Of a stretch of 64,000 nucleotides of DNA, positions 1-12,862 are shown one piece after another; position 1 is the stretch's first letter, and every line of letters starts with the position of its first letter. The DNA lies in contig NW_026924061.1 of assembly GCF_032062105.1 (NCBI RefSeq), positions 62,001 through 126,000 of the forward strand. Direction: 5' to 3'. Position numbers and translations under genes: made by a program. This stretch comes from Saccostrea cucullata (Eukaryota). A model generated the notes under the pieces. It saw nothing but the letters and a program-made list of their open reading frames with translations. It searched no databases and was not told the origin of the DNA.

Positions 1-560
1 GGAAGTGTAGATTCAGGTTTGTTCATATCATGACCCCGGGGGAAGGGTGGGACCACAATGGGTTATTTAAGTTTAACAAAGGAATGCACTGGAAAAATCT
101 TTTAAAAATCTTCTTTTCAAGAACCACTGGGCCAGGAAAGATGAAACTCATGTCGAAGCATCCGCATGTAGTGTAGAGTCAGTTTAGTTCATATCATAAC
201 CCCCGGGAGAAGCTTTGGACCACAATAGGGTATCAAAGTTAAAAGTACATATACAGAGGAAAATTCTTTTTCTCAAGAACCACTGGACAGGAAAGATGAA
301 ACTCGTGTTTAAGCATATCCTCATGTAGAGAAGATTCAAGTTTGTTCATATCATGACAGGAATAAGGTGAGGCGATAATTGGGTATCAAAGTTTAATATA
401 TGAATAGGAAATACATGGGGAAAATTGTTAAAATTCTCCACAAGAACAACAATACCATGATTGATCATCAATATAAAGCATCGAAAAAGGTAATGTTGAT
501 TTAAATTTGACCAAATCATGACCAATTAGGAGAATAGGATAAATTGGATCATAACAAAGG
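1..560. repeat. Degenerate ~120-bp tandem repeat, probably the interior of a non-autonomous Helitron/Helentron-type element (truncated by window edge)
   Basis: Unit gtag..ttca.gttt.ttcatatcatgacccc..ggaccacaat.gg recurs near 8, 172 and 330, and ccactgg..caggaaagatgaaactc recurs near 124 and 280; unit spacing is irregular and decays rightwards. Element class is inferred from resemblance to oyster repeats. Confidence 0.5.
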
Positions 561-1934
561 AAAATAAAAGACATATCATCTTATAAACAGCAAAGCCATT
601 ATATGTCTTATTAATTCAAAAGCATTCTTAGAAGATTTAAGTCTGCTCAAATACACCCCCTCCCCTTCCACCTAGGATCTATTTGGATTGCTGTATATTA
701 AGCAAAAAAATACAAAAAAGTATATATATAGTTTGAAGTATATTAATAAATGTCAACTTCAAAAAAATATTTCAATAAATAAACGGCCATTATGCTCCAT
801 TAAATATAACTGAAAGTGAGTAAATTATATTCATTTAAAAGATTAGTACGATAAATTATATTTATTTTAAATCCAATGCTAGTATATGGATTTCTTTCCT
901 AGCACAGTACATGTATCTTAAACAGAAGATTAATTAAACTCAGTAGCCCTCATCCTATGCCATTTTAGGATATAATATCCCGTCTTAGTTGATTTTCTAC
1001 AGCTTGAGTATCTCTGACCGAGTGGGACCAGTCGGCACGGAATGCATACTCTTCAGAGGCACCTGAGCCCATATTTATGGAGGTCTGTGTTTGCTGTGAT
1101 TGCTACAACCGATTTGAATTGTTTAAATGGATTTTTTTTAGCTTAATGGCTGTTACTTACATGTACCTCGATATTTCACAATTTTAAGGAAAACTAACAG
1201 TCTTCTAACCTAGAATTTTGAAAAAGGTAACTTTTTTAAATTACATCGGCACAGATAAATGTTTTAAAAATAATTTGTTTTTTTTAATTTAGAATTAAGA
1301 CAAATACATTTTTGACTTATAAAGAATAGAAATTACCCTCTAACGAGTAAATAAATGCTTCGATAAAGAGATTACATAGCACTTTATGGTCTTGCATATT
1401 TATTTACATCAATAACCTCCGTAGAAAATAATAATTTCTTTTATTATTTTGGCTTTTTTAATCTAAAATACTTCTTTTTCAGGAATCAACCATTAGGAAG
1501 ATGACATTGGCTGCCCCAATCAAATGTATATATGATTTTTTTTATACTTATTATAATTAAGATGACGTTTACTCAGGTTTTCAAAAATTAAAACGAATTT
1601 TATAAAGTACAGTATGTTTCTTCAAAAATTGTTTTAAATGGATAAAATAAACAAGTTATAACTCAATATCAGAAATATGATGATGCAGAGGAAATTCTGA
1701 CTAAATTCTTCTGAATCTTTCGTTTTTGTCAAAGTGTTATTTCCTGCAATATCAATTACAAAGTAAATGTTCCTTTAAAGATCTTTTTGTAAATATTCTG
1801 TGAGTTAAAGCTCATGAATTATTTCAAATAAGTAAATGTCATTAAAAAAATCAAATATATATACAAAAACCATAAGCAATTGATAAAGAAATAAGTGAAT
1901 TTCCATTTTATCAGTGGAATTTTTTGTCATATGA

Positions 1935-2248
1935 GTACAGCAATCGCAACTTCTCGGGCCTTTCCGACTAGCGGGAAAACGACCTCGAATGTATATGGTA
2001 GACGCCATGACAACCCTCCCTTTTCGCGATCTTTGAAATAAATGCATGGAGACCTTTTATCTGTGGAATATGGACTTTATTCAATGTAATGATATTACTA
2101 CTATAGTAGGGACTTCTAACTCCGTCTATCCTATATTTGAATAAACAGGAAATGTATAAATTTTTAACATCCGGTGATGTTAATACATTCGAGGTTGTTT
2201 TTCCAACCTCTGACAGACAGACCCGAGATGAGGCGACTGATGAGTACA
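1935..2248. mobile_element. MITE-like element with imperfect inverted arms
   Basis: aaaacgacctcgaatgta (~1976-1993) is inverted to tacattcgaggttgtttt (~2184-2201); related copies at ~46105-46228 (truncated) and ~57295-57614. Confidence 0.6.
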
Positions 2249-2514
2249 GTGAATGTCATCGTTACTGACCTTACTTTATATTCTTAAATATTAAGATATC
2301 TGTAATTTCATTATAAACATTTTAACTTAAATACTGATATGCGTTATAATAAAACTCAGTATAATTTAATGAATTTCACAATTTTTAGGGGGGGGGGGAT
2401 CAGTGTGTTAGTAAAAATCATTTAATTTCAAAAGCTAACTGTGAATATTTTGTAATATATGAAGACATGGGAATATGTATTGTCTTTGTAGCTATTGTCA
2501 ATGGCGTGATGAAG

Positions 2515-3301
2515 ATGGCACTGGAAATCGTGGAACCTACCATACAAGAATGTTCTCATGAGGAGCGCAGGGAAGTAGAAGAACTTATGAAATGCTGCGC
2601 TGTAAAGGAAGCTACCCTGACCAACTCCCTTGCCCTCAAAACTTCCGGATGCAGAATTGCGAGAAAAGGTCCGAAAGCTTCTCTCGAATGACGATTATAG
2701 GAAAATATGCGAGTATGTCGATAAAGAAACATTTACGATGACGATTACGGGCTCTGAAGCAACCTTTGAGCGTGGAGGCAAAAGATTCCTTGACCCCATA
2801 CAACTTAACTCCATGGAATGCATTACAAATGCCAGTATTTACCAAATAGCTAGCATTTACATTGAAAGCATATTTCTGGTTCTAGGTGTCATTGGAATTA
2901 AACTAAGCTTTGATGAGGCCTTGATACACAAAATAATCAAAGAAATCATTCCAATCGTGGAGCAGCCCGCTTTCAGAAGAATCATAGATGAATTTGTTCA
3001 CAGCTGGATATCAGGAAATGCTTGGGGAAAGGCAAAGGCAATTTTCACTTTACTGAAAGACACCTATTCTTTTGGCATATTCTGGAAAGTTGTTAAAATC
3101 GCTTTTTCGGAAATGTCATGGATGGAACGAATCAAAAATCTCGTCCTGGTTGCCACGATGATTGTTGCTGCATTTGCAACAGACGGTATTGCCCTCATTG
3201 CCAGCATCTCTGTCAATGATGCATACAACCTTGCGAAAAAGATCATTAACATGACAAAATTGAAAGCTTTGGCCTCAGATCTTAAAAAAATAGGATGCTA
3301 G
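2515..3301 (+). pseudogene. Uncharacterised ~260-aa mostly helical protein with hydrophobic segments, split by a +1 frameshift near 2629 (pseudogene or sequence error)
   Basis: Splice-acceptor-like ttgtctttgtAG ends at 2491; ATG 2515 opens MALEIVEPTIQECSHEERREVEELMKCC..; the long 223-codon frame 2630-3301 starts at TTG with an in-frame TGA at 2618-2620, so the two frames join only by losing 1 nt around aactccCttg. Composition is coding-like against the AT-rich background. Confidence 0.65.
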
Positions 3302-3875
3302 CTCAATGGACTGCGTGAAAAAAAAATTACCTAATTGCCTGACTTGATTTTATAATCTTGATCAAATATCTAATCTTATTACTTGTATAAACATCTACTG
3401 TTAGCAGCTATATTACTGACAAAGTATGTATTTTTCTTTTCTATTTTACATGTAACCATCAGAAAGATTGATTTTATATATACTAATTAGTTATATAAAC
3501 ATGTACTTGATGTAGTCATATTACTGAAAAAGTAGATATTTTTCGTTTTTACTAATATTTTTCATGTAAGCAAAATAAAGAAAAATTACAATATAGGTGT
3601 GCCTTAGGCCATCAAATTTCACGTTTGTGCGTATATTAACAACTGTGACGGACGCTGCAAAAAGTCTTAAAATCTTTTAGTCTCATATATTTCGGAGGAA
3701 ACGTTGTTGATGAGATATTGAAAAGTTCATATTTTTCCTGTATCTATTGATATTCTATTTAACCAAATTAAATAAAAACAAAAGAGCAACTGACGGTGTT
3801 AACTCAATTTTGTTCGGTGTGAACATGGTATCCATGTCTTACTTTTAGGAAAGAAATAATATCCCTTGTTACATT

Positions 3876-4276
3876 ACTAGTGGTACTGTGAGCACTGAGC
3901 TCACTAAATGATACCCCCCGCCTCCCATAATGTCGATGTGTTGCTTTATATTGTTTTACGGTAATGTGTAAAGAGGAATAAATCGTCCTATCAAATGTTA
4001 TCCAGAAGCTTCTATATGTGACGTCATAGGTAAACATATAATGGTAAAGTCCATGTTTTGCTATGGAAAACCTAAAATATGTGTCCAATAAAAAAGTAAA
4101 ATAGGAGGTGCACAATGGCAATATATAATAAAGGTTCTGGGAATGTTTCATTAAATTTCACTCAGTAGTATAAGAGGAGTTGCGGATAAGAGATAAAGCG
4201 TAACAGACGGACGGACGTACAGACGGAAATCCCGATTACTATATACCCTCCCACTTTTCAAGCGGGGGATATAAAA
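3876..4276 (-). mobile_element. Short non-autonomous Helentron-type (HINE/pearl-like) element
   Basis: actag end with adjacent hairpin (gtgagc..gctcac), ACGG/ACAG microsatellite at ~4203-4226, terminal hairpin ccc..aagcggggg; duplicated at 7854-8262 and related to 9241-9724. Confidence 0.65.
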
Positions 4277-4567
4277 ATGGTAATATAAATGTTCCTTTAT
4301 TTTTAATTGTTTTCTCTGTGATAACTCTTTAAATGTTGGGAGAGTTGATTTCCTGATTCCTAATTCAGCAGGTGAAAGACAAGATGCCTCATATGCATGC
4401 CAATCTTAGGCGGGACTATTGATGTTTAAATAAGGTCTCGTATATTTTGAATCCTTTAAATTCATATTTATAATTTTGAATATAAAGAATGATTGTCTAG
4501 TTTGTTGAGTATGTCAGAGATATCAACAACATTTTAAAACAAGGGTTAACAAATAAGCCCAATTCTA

Positions 4568-5339
4568 GTGGAACCTACCATACAAGAATGTTCTCATGAG
4601 GAGCGCAGGGAAGTAGAAGAACTTATGAAATGCTGCGCTGTAAAGGAAGCTACCCTGACCAACTCCCTTGCCCTCAAAACTTCCGGATGCAGAATTGCGA
4701 GAAAAGGTCCGAAAGCTTCTCTCGAATGACGATTATAGGAAAATATGCGAGTATGTCGATAAAGAAACATTTACGATGACGATTACGGGCTCTGAAGCAA
4801 CCTTTGAGCGTGGAGGCAAAAGATTCCTTGACCCCATACAACTTAACTCCATGGAATGCATTACAAATGCCAGTATTTACCAAATAGCTAGCATTTACAT
4901 TGAAAGCATATTTCTGGTTCTAGGTGTCATTGGAATTAAACTAAGCTTTGATGAGGCCTTGATACACAAAATAATCAAAGAAATCATTCCAATCGTGGAG
5001 CAGCCCGCTTTCAGAAGAATCATAGATGAATTTGTTCACAGCTGGATATCAGGAAATGCTTGGGGAAAGGCAAAGGCAATTTTCACTTTACTGAAAGACA
5101 CCTATTCTTTTGGCATATTCTGGAAAGTTGTTAAAATCGCTTTTTCGGAAATGTCATGGATGGAACGAATCAAAAATCTCGTCCTGGTTGCCACGATGAT
5201 TGTTGCTGCATTTGCAACAGACGGTATTGCCCTCATTGCCAGCATCTCTGTCAATGATGCATACAACCTTGCGAAAAAGATCATTAACATGACAAAATTG
5301 AAAGCTTTGGCCTCAGATCTTAAAAAAATAGGATGCTAG
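4568..5339 (+). pseudogene. 5'-truncated duplicate of the 2515-3301 gene
   Basis: Matches 2530-3301 at offset 2038 with the same translation and same frameshift, but starts at gtggaacct, lacking the ATG and the upstream acceptor. Confidence 0.75.
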
Positions 5340-5623
5340 CTCAATGGACTGCGTGAAAAAAAAATTACCTAATTGCCTGACTTGATTTTATAATCTTGAT
5401 CAAATATCTAATCTTATTACTTGTATAAACATCTACTGTTAGCAGCTATATTACTGACAAAGTATGTATTTTTCTTTTCTATTTTACATGTAACCATCAG
5501 AAAGATTGATTTTATATATACTAATTAGTTATATAAACATGTACTTGATGTAGTCATATTACTGAAAAAGTAGATATTTTTCGTTTTTACTAATATTTTT
5601 CATGTAAGCAAAATAAAGAAAAA

Positions 5624-7563
5624 CTAGGAGACTTATTGTTCACAGAACAATAAGAGGTCTTTCCACCTTTTTAAATTTCTTATAGTTTTATATTTTACTC
5701 TCTTATTTAATTTTAAGGAAAATGGCTTAAAAAAGAAAATGAAAATTAAAAAAAAATGGAAATGACCTTGACCTTTGACCTTGATCAGATCTTCAAGGTC
5801 AAAGGTCAAGGGTCACATTGCAATTGACCCCATGCCTTAATGATTTTTAGTTCTATAGTTATAAGTTTAAATATGAAGTGCAAAGAAGTTAAAGGGCAAT
5901 AACTCATATAAGGGGTCATTAAATCCTTTAGTACTTATACAATGAAGGTGTGCCTAAAGACCCTTAAGACATCTGTGAAGATTTCATGCCTCTACGATCT
6001 ACAGTTATGAAGAAGTAGTGATAAAAATGTTTTTCGCATAAGGGGCAATAACTTTTGATAGGGTCAATCTTGGGGAACAAGAATGAAATCTTTGAAATAG
6101 TTTTAAGAGTACATATTAATGATGCAAAGACTGTTTGCATATGTTAAAAGACAAAAGAAATATAAAAATAGCTTAATTTCTAATGTTTGAATTGACCTTG
6201 ACCTTTGACCTTGACAAAATATTCAAGGTCAAAGGTCAAGGGTCACAATGCAATTAACCCCATGCTTCTACCATTTATAGTTTTCAAGATACAAGGTTTA
6301 ATAGTAAGTATAAAGAAGTTAAAGGGCAATAACTCATATAAGGGGTCATCAGATTCTTTTGCACTTATACAGTGAAGTTAGGCCTAAAGTGAAAGGTCAA
6401 GGTCATCCCAAAAAAAAGCACTTAGCCTTATAAACTTGAGTTTTACACTTGAAGCTGAATCTAGGTAAAGATAATGAATATATCTTTTTAAACTTTTGAG
6501 AAAAGGTCAATGGTCAAGGTCTAATATCAAGGTCAAAGGTCAAGGTCATTTTAACCAAAAGCCCGTAAATAAACAATTTTGATACTTTCCCAATGACCTT
6601 GACCTTTGACCTTGACCTAATATTCAAGGTCAAAGGTCAAAAGATCTCATGCAGTTGGGCCCATGTCTTTACGACTTGTCGTTAAGAAGTTTTTAGTTCT
6701 TTGTAAACATCATAAACTGCCAGGGGCAATAACTGCATAAAATGTTTACGAATTCTTTCGCACTAATAGGATGAGAAGTGTACTAAATTAGTTGCAGACA
6801 TTGTTGAAGGTTTTGTACCTCTACGGTTTACGGTTTCGGAGGAGTAGCGATAACAAGGGTTTACACTAAAAGGGGCACTAACTTTTTGAGGGTTCAATCT
6901 TAGGGGACAAGCATGGAATCTCTGAAATGGTTTTAAGAGTACATACTAAAGATGCAAAGAAGTTTAGAATTTGGTAAAGAACAGAAGAGCTATAAAAAAT
7001 GCTGAATTTTACCTATTTTGAATGACCTTGACCTTTGACCTTGACCTACATTTTAAGGTCAAAGGTCAAGAAATCTTTTGCATTTGGCCCCATGTCTCTA
7101 CGCCTTGTCGTTTTAGAAAAATTCTTGATATTTGTAAACATCGCAAACATTCAGGGGCAATAATTCATTATAGGAGTTTATGAATCCTTTCGCAATGTTT
7201 GATTGGAGAGTCTACTAAATCAGTCGTAAACATTAATAAAGGTTTGGAATCTCTGCGGTTTATGGTTTCGGAGGAGTAGCGATAACAAGCTTTTATTGCG
7301 AAAGGGGTCGTAACTCCGAAAGGGGTCAAAGTTCATATACGCAGGGTCAACTGCAAAAATCTTTTACGGAGTACATTTTTATCGACTGAAAATCTTTTCG
7401 ATAAATCTTGAAACAAAAAATCACACGGCGGAAAAATAATAAAGAAAAAGGAAAAAAAGAAACAGAAGAATATCAATAGGTCTTTCCAGAGAAAGCTGGA
7501 AAGACCTAATAATAAACAGAAGAATATCAATAGGTCTTTCCACAGAAAGGTGGAAAGACCTAA
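5624..7563 (-). mobile_element. Non-autonomous Helentron-type element (HINE) with internal ~400-430-bp tandem repeats
   Basis: Empty site visible in the sister copy (aagaaaaa|ttaca at ~3585); inserted in an A/T run with no distinct TSD; ctag end plus hairpin cttattgttc-aca-gaacaataag; subterminal inverted repeats aggtctttccacc / ggtggaaagacct; palindromic tgaccttgacctttgacc..ggtcaaaggtcaa units at ~5763, 6193, 6594, 7023; terminal ~53 bp duplicated at ~7460-7563. Confidence 0.85.
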
Positions 7564-7853
7564 TTACAATATAGGTGTGCCTTAGGCCATCAAATTTCAC
7601 GTTTGTGCGTATATTAACAACTGTGACGGACGCTGCAAAAAGTCTTAAAATCTTTTAGTCTCATATATTTCGGAGGAAACGTTGTTGATGAGATATTGAA
7701 AAGTTCATATTTTTCCTGTATCTATTGATATTCTATTTAACCAAATTAAATAAAAACAAAAGAGCAACTGACGGTGTTAACTCAATTTTGTTCGGTGTGA
7801 ACATGGTATCCATGTCTTACTTTTAGGAAAGAAATAATATCCCTTGTTACATT

Positions 7854-8262
7854 ACTAGTGGTACTGTGAGCACTGAGCTCACTAAATGATACCCCCTCCC
7901 CCCCGCCTCCCATAATGTCCATGTGTTGCTATATATTGTTTTACGGTAATGTGTAAAGAGGAATAAATCGTCCTATCAAATGTTATCCAGAAGCTTCTAT
8001 ATGTGACGTCATAGGTAAACATATAATGGTAAAGTCCATGTTTTGCTATGGAAAACCTAAAATATGTGTCCAATAAAAAAGTAAAATAGGAGGTGCACAA
8101 TGGCAATATATAATAAAGGTTCTGGGAATGTTTCATTAAATTTCACTCAGTAGTATAAGAGGAGTTGCGGATAAGAGATAAAGCGTAACAGACGGACGGA
8201 CGTACAGACGGAAATCCCGATTACTATATACCCTCCCACTTTTCAAGCGGGGGATATAAAAA
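7854..8262 (-). mobile_element. Second copy of the short HINE/pearl-like element
   Basis: Duplicate of 3876-4276. Confidence 0.65.
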
Positions 8263-9240
8263 TGGTAATATAAATGTTCCTTTATTTTTAATTGTTTTCT
8301 CTGTGATAACTCTTTAAATGTTGGGAGAGTTGATTTCCTGATTCCTAATTCAGCAGGTGAAAGACAAGATGCCTCATATGCATGCCAATCTTAGGCGGGA
8401 CTATTGATGTTTAAATAAGGTCTCGTATATTTTGAATCCTTTAAATTCATATTTATAATTTTGAATATAAAGAATGATTGTCTAGTTTGTTGAGTATGTC
8501 AGAGATATCAACAACATTTTAAAACAAGGGTTAACAAATAAGCCCAATTCTAGGCAGGTAGCAGCAGGGGTGGGGTGGGGGTGTCCATGGGATTTATTTT
8601 TCCTAGCAGAACTTTTTAACATAGAAAATGTACATTGTTAGGCCGGTTATTCTTTTGTTGTAGTTTAGAAAATAAGGATAATGTATTAGTGAATGAAAAA
8701 TGATATTGAATGAAGTTTGATAGGGGCGGGGGGGGGGCAAAATAGGATTTTCCAGTTTTACCAAGTTATCCTTTTTTGCTTTTCTTTTTTTTTTTTAGGG
8801 TTACTTTTTTTTCTCTGCCCCCCCCCACCATTTCCATTTTTTTCTATGTCCCTGACGTTTACAACTATTGTTGATACATACCCAATAAACTAGATAGTAA
8901 TCCTAAAATATGTTAACCCAAAACATAAATCTACGTATGTTAGTACTAGCTACATGATTACTGCAATAGTTATTCGAAATAAAATGCAACATCGTGAGAA
9001 CGAAAATAAAAACCTTCGAGTTTTTAACCTCCTTGTCATTAAATTAAAAACTTAATGAAATAATTTTTAAATGTTGGTATCATATGTACATATATGATCT
9101 AAGTTTATCTCCTCATTTTTTTTTAAAATCTAAAACATGTTGTTTTGGGCGAGGTTTTCGAAAAATCGATATAGTTCACCATGCATGGAATGACAAAGTC
9201 GTAGATCAGTCTAGTGTATATATTGTATAAAAAAGTAACA

Positions 9241-9724
9241 ACTAGAGGTTCTCAGAGCACGGAGCTCCCTAAATGATACCCTGCCCCCACCTCCCGCATG
9301 ATTATAATGGCAAAGTCCATGTTTTGTTCTGGGAGACACGGAATAAGCGTCAGATCAAAAAGCTAAAATAGGAGGTGCAAAATTGCATTCTGCTATAAAG
9401 AATCTGTAAATGTATCATAAATTTTATTCAATGGAATAGGAGGAGATATGGGTAAGAAATTTGTACTCTTCAGTAGTAAATAAAGAATTGCAGTGTCCAT
9501 GTTTTTGCTATGGGAAACCCGAAATAAGTCTGCGATCAGAGTATAAGAGGAGATTCACAATATCATTATGTGACAGAGATTCTGAGAGTTGCGGATTAGC
9601 TCCCACCCAAGAGTTATGGCAAAGTTAAAGTTCTGGCGGACAAACAGACAGACGGACTGACAGACGGATTGACAGACAGGACAAAATCTACATACCCCCG
9701 AATCTGCGATTACGGGGGATAAAA
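9241..9724 (-). mobile_element. HINE/pearl-like element
   Basis: actagagg..gagcacggagctccctaaatgatacc end similar to 3876; ACAG/ACGG microsatellite ~9640-9680; terminal hairpin cccccg..cggggg. Confidence 0.65.
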
Positions 9725-9843
9725 TTACCAGTATCTTTCTAACTGAAAAAATCTTGCTTTAATATCAAACTTCCTGCATAATTTTCAAATCATATTTTCA
9801 ATACATGTTACACATTGACTTTGATTTTTGTTTGATTGTTGTT

Positions 9844-9879
<36 letters not shown>

Positions 9880-10543
9880 GGGGGGGGGGTATTAATTATT
9901 ATTATTTTCATAAAAAAAGGTTATTACGCATGATCAACTCTACTAATTACCAACATCATAGCAGTGTTTATCTATCGCTATTTGCTTTAATAAGAATTCC
10001 TAATGGTCTTTTTTCTCAAATACCTACTAGTTTTCTTTGTGCTTTTCTACTGCCTCTCTACTAGCGGAAGGGAGGGGGTTGGGATCCTTGCATGTGCTTT
10101 AGTGTCATTTGACCTCTTCTTTGCTTCCTTTATTAAGGTTTTGCAACATTTAAATCCGCGGCCTCGACATGGATCATCTTCTTAAAATTATATCAAGATT
10201 TTTGATCCGCCTTACCTCTCAATAGAAGTGAACGCTAATAAACTTTTTCGTTATACATTTCTATAGCATCGCTCGTCGTCATCATGTACAAGTTTACAAT
10301 TAAACACACTCACAGTCACACATACAAGCAATATTTCTAATTCCACGTATACATTATACTGGATCATTTCAATTGATAATTACATGTTTACAATTAATTA
10401 GAGATCCTTTAAGCTGCAGGCACATCATATATTCTTAAAGAAACAGTGCAATACAAACAAACAAACACTCAAATTAAAGTATTTATATATATCATGCATA
10501 TATTTTATTCTTTGCAATGGAATTCTGTCACTTGATCATGAAG

Positions 10544-11607
10544 TCATTTTTTGCAGACACAGCTACTGTCAGTACATTTACAATTTTCAGGTCCGGTACA
10601 CCCCTTCCCACAACCGCAGGTTCCTGAAAATTTAAAAGAAAATTGCTTGAATTGATAAATATGCCATAAGTAACTAACAGCAAGAATTCTAACATACGCA
10701 AGTTATGAAGTATAACAAGTTATATAGCCAAATATTTGTAGGGCAATCAGTGGATTATAAGACACCACCCCTTCCCTCGAAATCATTTTAACTGTTTTGT
10801 TATGATATTTATGATAAAAGTGTCAGGAAAAAACTGATTTTAAGCACCCTTTTCAAAAATCGTTCAGCTTTTTTTTTTTTCTTTTATCCTTTTTACTTTT
10901 TTGTGCTTTCAAATATGGCTCTCTTTCCCAAATTTATATGAGTCAATTCAGTTGAGAACAATGATTCTCTAAATATGTCTGAAACAGTATAAATGTATAT
11001 GTACATGGTTTTTATACATACTAAGTATTCAGTGGCGAATCCAGGAATTTCGTAACTGGGGGGAGCAGTAGAAGGCAGGTGGTTTAGGGGGGGGGCTGCA
11101 ATGTAGCCCCCAGTGGTTCTAGGGCAAGGCCCTGGTGGGGGGTCCCAAAAGCTGACATACTTTTACAAATAAGAGATTTTTTTCTTTGATTTTAGGATAA
11201 CGGACAAATAAGTTTTACATACAAAAAATTCAAGGGGCGCATGCACCCCCGGCTTGCCGGCCCTGGATCCGCCTTTGGTATTTCTTTTTTTAAATAAACC
11301 TATGTACATGTATGTACATTCATGGATAAAGATATCAACTTACCGCTGCAGTTGCATTTGAGTTTACATCCGGGACATTTACAGCTGGGTCCACATTTAC
11401 AGGTGGATCCGCATTTACATCCACTTGAGGGGCAGGAATCTGCGCATTCGCACTTTCCAGCTAGAAAAAAAAATAAATTTTCATGTTTATCGAAGTATAA
11501 AGAGCGACAACTCGAACATATTACAAGGCTTGTTATCGGTAATATTTGATACACGTACAAGGAAATTGTCCCAACTTACTTTCTATGCAGTTGCAGGGGT
11601 CAGACAT
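10544..11607 (-). CDS. MT: Metallothionein MT-a (subtype A), 74 aa, 21 Cys
   Basis: Exons 11607-11580, 11460-11344, 10623-10544 with GT-AG sites; [74 protein letters not shown]; mollusc MT-I Cys pattern; AATAAA ~40 nt after the stop; non-coding exon donor ~11766. Confidence 0.95.
11030..11277. mobile_element. MITE in intron 2 of MT-a
   Basis: Ends cagtggcgaatccagg / cctggatccgcctttg; flanked by gtatt on both sides. Confidence 0.6.
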
Positions 11608-11881
11608 TTTTTTTTATCGTGTGTTTGCTGAAAGGAGAAAATGATGTTTGAAGCTATGATAATATTGGTACATTAGTCATGAAATTAATATTGATTTTTT
11701 TTCCATCAGTATCGTAAACATTGTAAAAATTCTATGTTCAATATAAAGAAAGAAAATACAACCTACCTTTTACTGTCGAGAATTGTATATTCCTTTTTAA
11801 AAGGAGTTCTTATGAGTATCACTCCCTTTGAATAAAGAATACAATATTACGTATATACACGTTATACAAATATTCAGCATC

Positions 11882-11923
11882 GTGTGCAAATAGCGATAGG
11901 TTGTATACACAGTATCGTGTGCA
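11882..11923 (-). promoter_or_regulatory. MRE pair of MT-a
   Basis: TGCACAC (MRE core TGCRCNC) at 11882-11888 and 11917-11923, just upstream of the non-coding exon. Confidence 0.85.
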
Positions 11924-12862
11924 AAATGTATAAATTTTAATATTTTTTTACAAAGTTGATAAGGGAATAACTACAGACTGTGGCATAAAACAGTAAATAT
12001 TTACTATAGCTTACATCAAACTTATCAATGTATAGCGTGTGACATAGAAAAAGGAATAAATGAATCTATTTTCAAGACTTTCCTATATTGTCAGCTTTGT
12101 CGATTATTTTTTTTTTTAAATATCGAAGTCACATTACGTGATGTTCTTGGCAGATATCCAAATTTGTATTTTAATCAGAGCTTTAGGTAATTGTGCAAAT
12201 GTACTTGTCACGAGATAGCTAAAGTATAAGATATGTACTAGTAACTGTAAAAGTACATGCGTAAATTGTAATATTTTCTCTCTCAATCTCTCAGGATAGA
12301 AATTAAAATGAAAATGTTGGAAATGGGTAAAATAAATTGTTTTAGAAAATGCATGATTTTTCAATATTTTTGTTGATTTGATAATTTTTCTGAAAAAATA
12401 TTGTGCATATATATAATTACGATTTTTCATAAAATGTTACTCAAAACATGATGCTTTATTTCTCGATCACTTCAAAACTTCACTTACATATAAAAATTGG
12501 TAATTATATCTAAGCTGTCATATGAAATTATTCTCCTAATAAATACTATACAGTTTCCTGACATTTGCGTTGGTTACGTATGTTAAATAAATGTTATTGA
12601 GAAGAAAGCCAGAAATGGGATTCAAAGAAAAACATATACGGAATCACAGTTCGGGGAAGTAAAACCTCGAAAACTTATTTTCACTTTTCAACACGGCACT
12701 ACTACAAAGTCATCAGTTAATTTGTGCCCCCATCCCCACCCCTCGCTTCTTAAATCTTTCTTAATGTATGTATTACCCGGATTCAAACAATAGACCCATA
12801 TATTTGACCCTATCAAACGCTTTCTACCTGCATCCTTTCACTCTTCAGGAGTGAACGGTCAC

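Larger units (their letters stand above)
2530..8553. repeat. Near-identical tandem duplication, unit 2038 bp (2530-4567 and 4568-8553, the latter with a 1.94-kb insertion)
   Basis: Both copies end in aaataagcccaattctag; the only differences noticed are near 3911-3950 vs 7890-7935. Confidence 0.9.

Noticed and set aside
2238-2280. Hammerhead ribozyme core (CTGATGA; also at ~29553)
   Set aside because: No flanking helices with a correctly placed GAAA could be formed by eye.
3804-4151. 115-aa minus-strand ORF (and 84-aa copy at 7882)
   Set aside because: Lies mostly within a non-autonomous element and is truncated by an indel in the duplicate.
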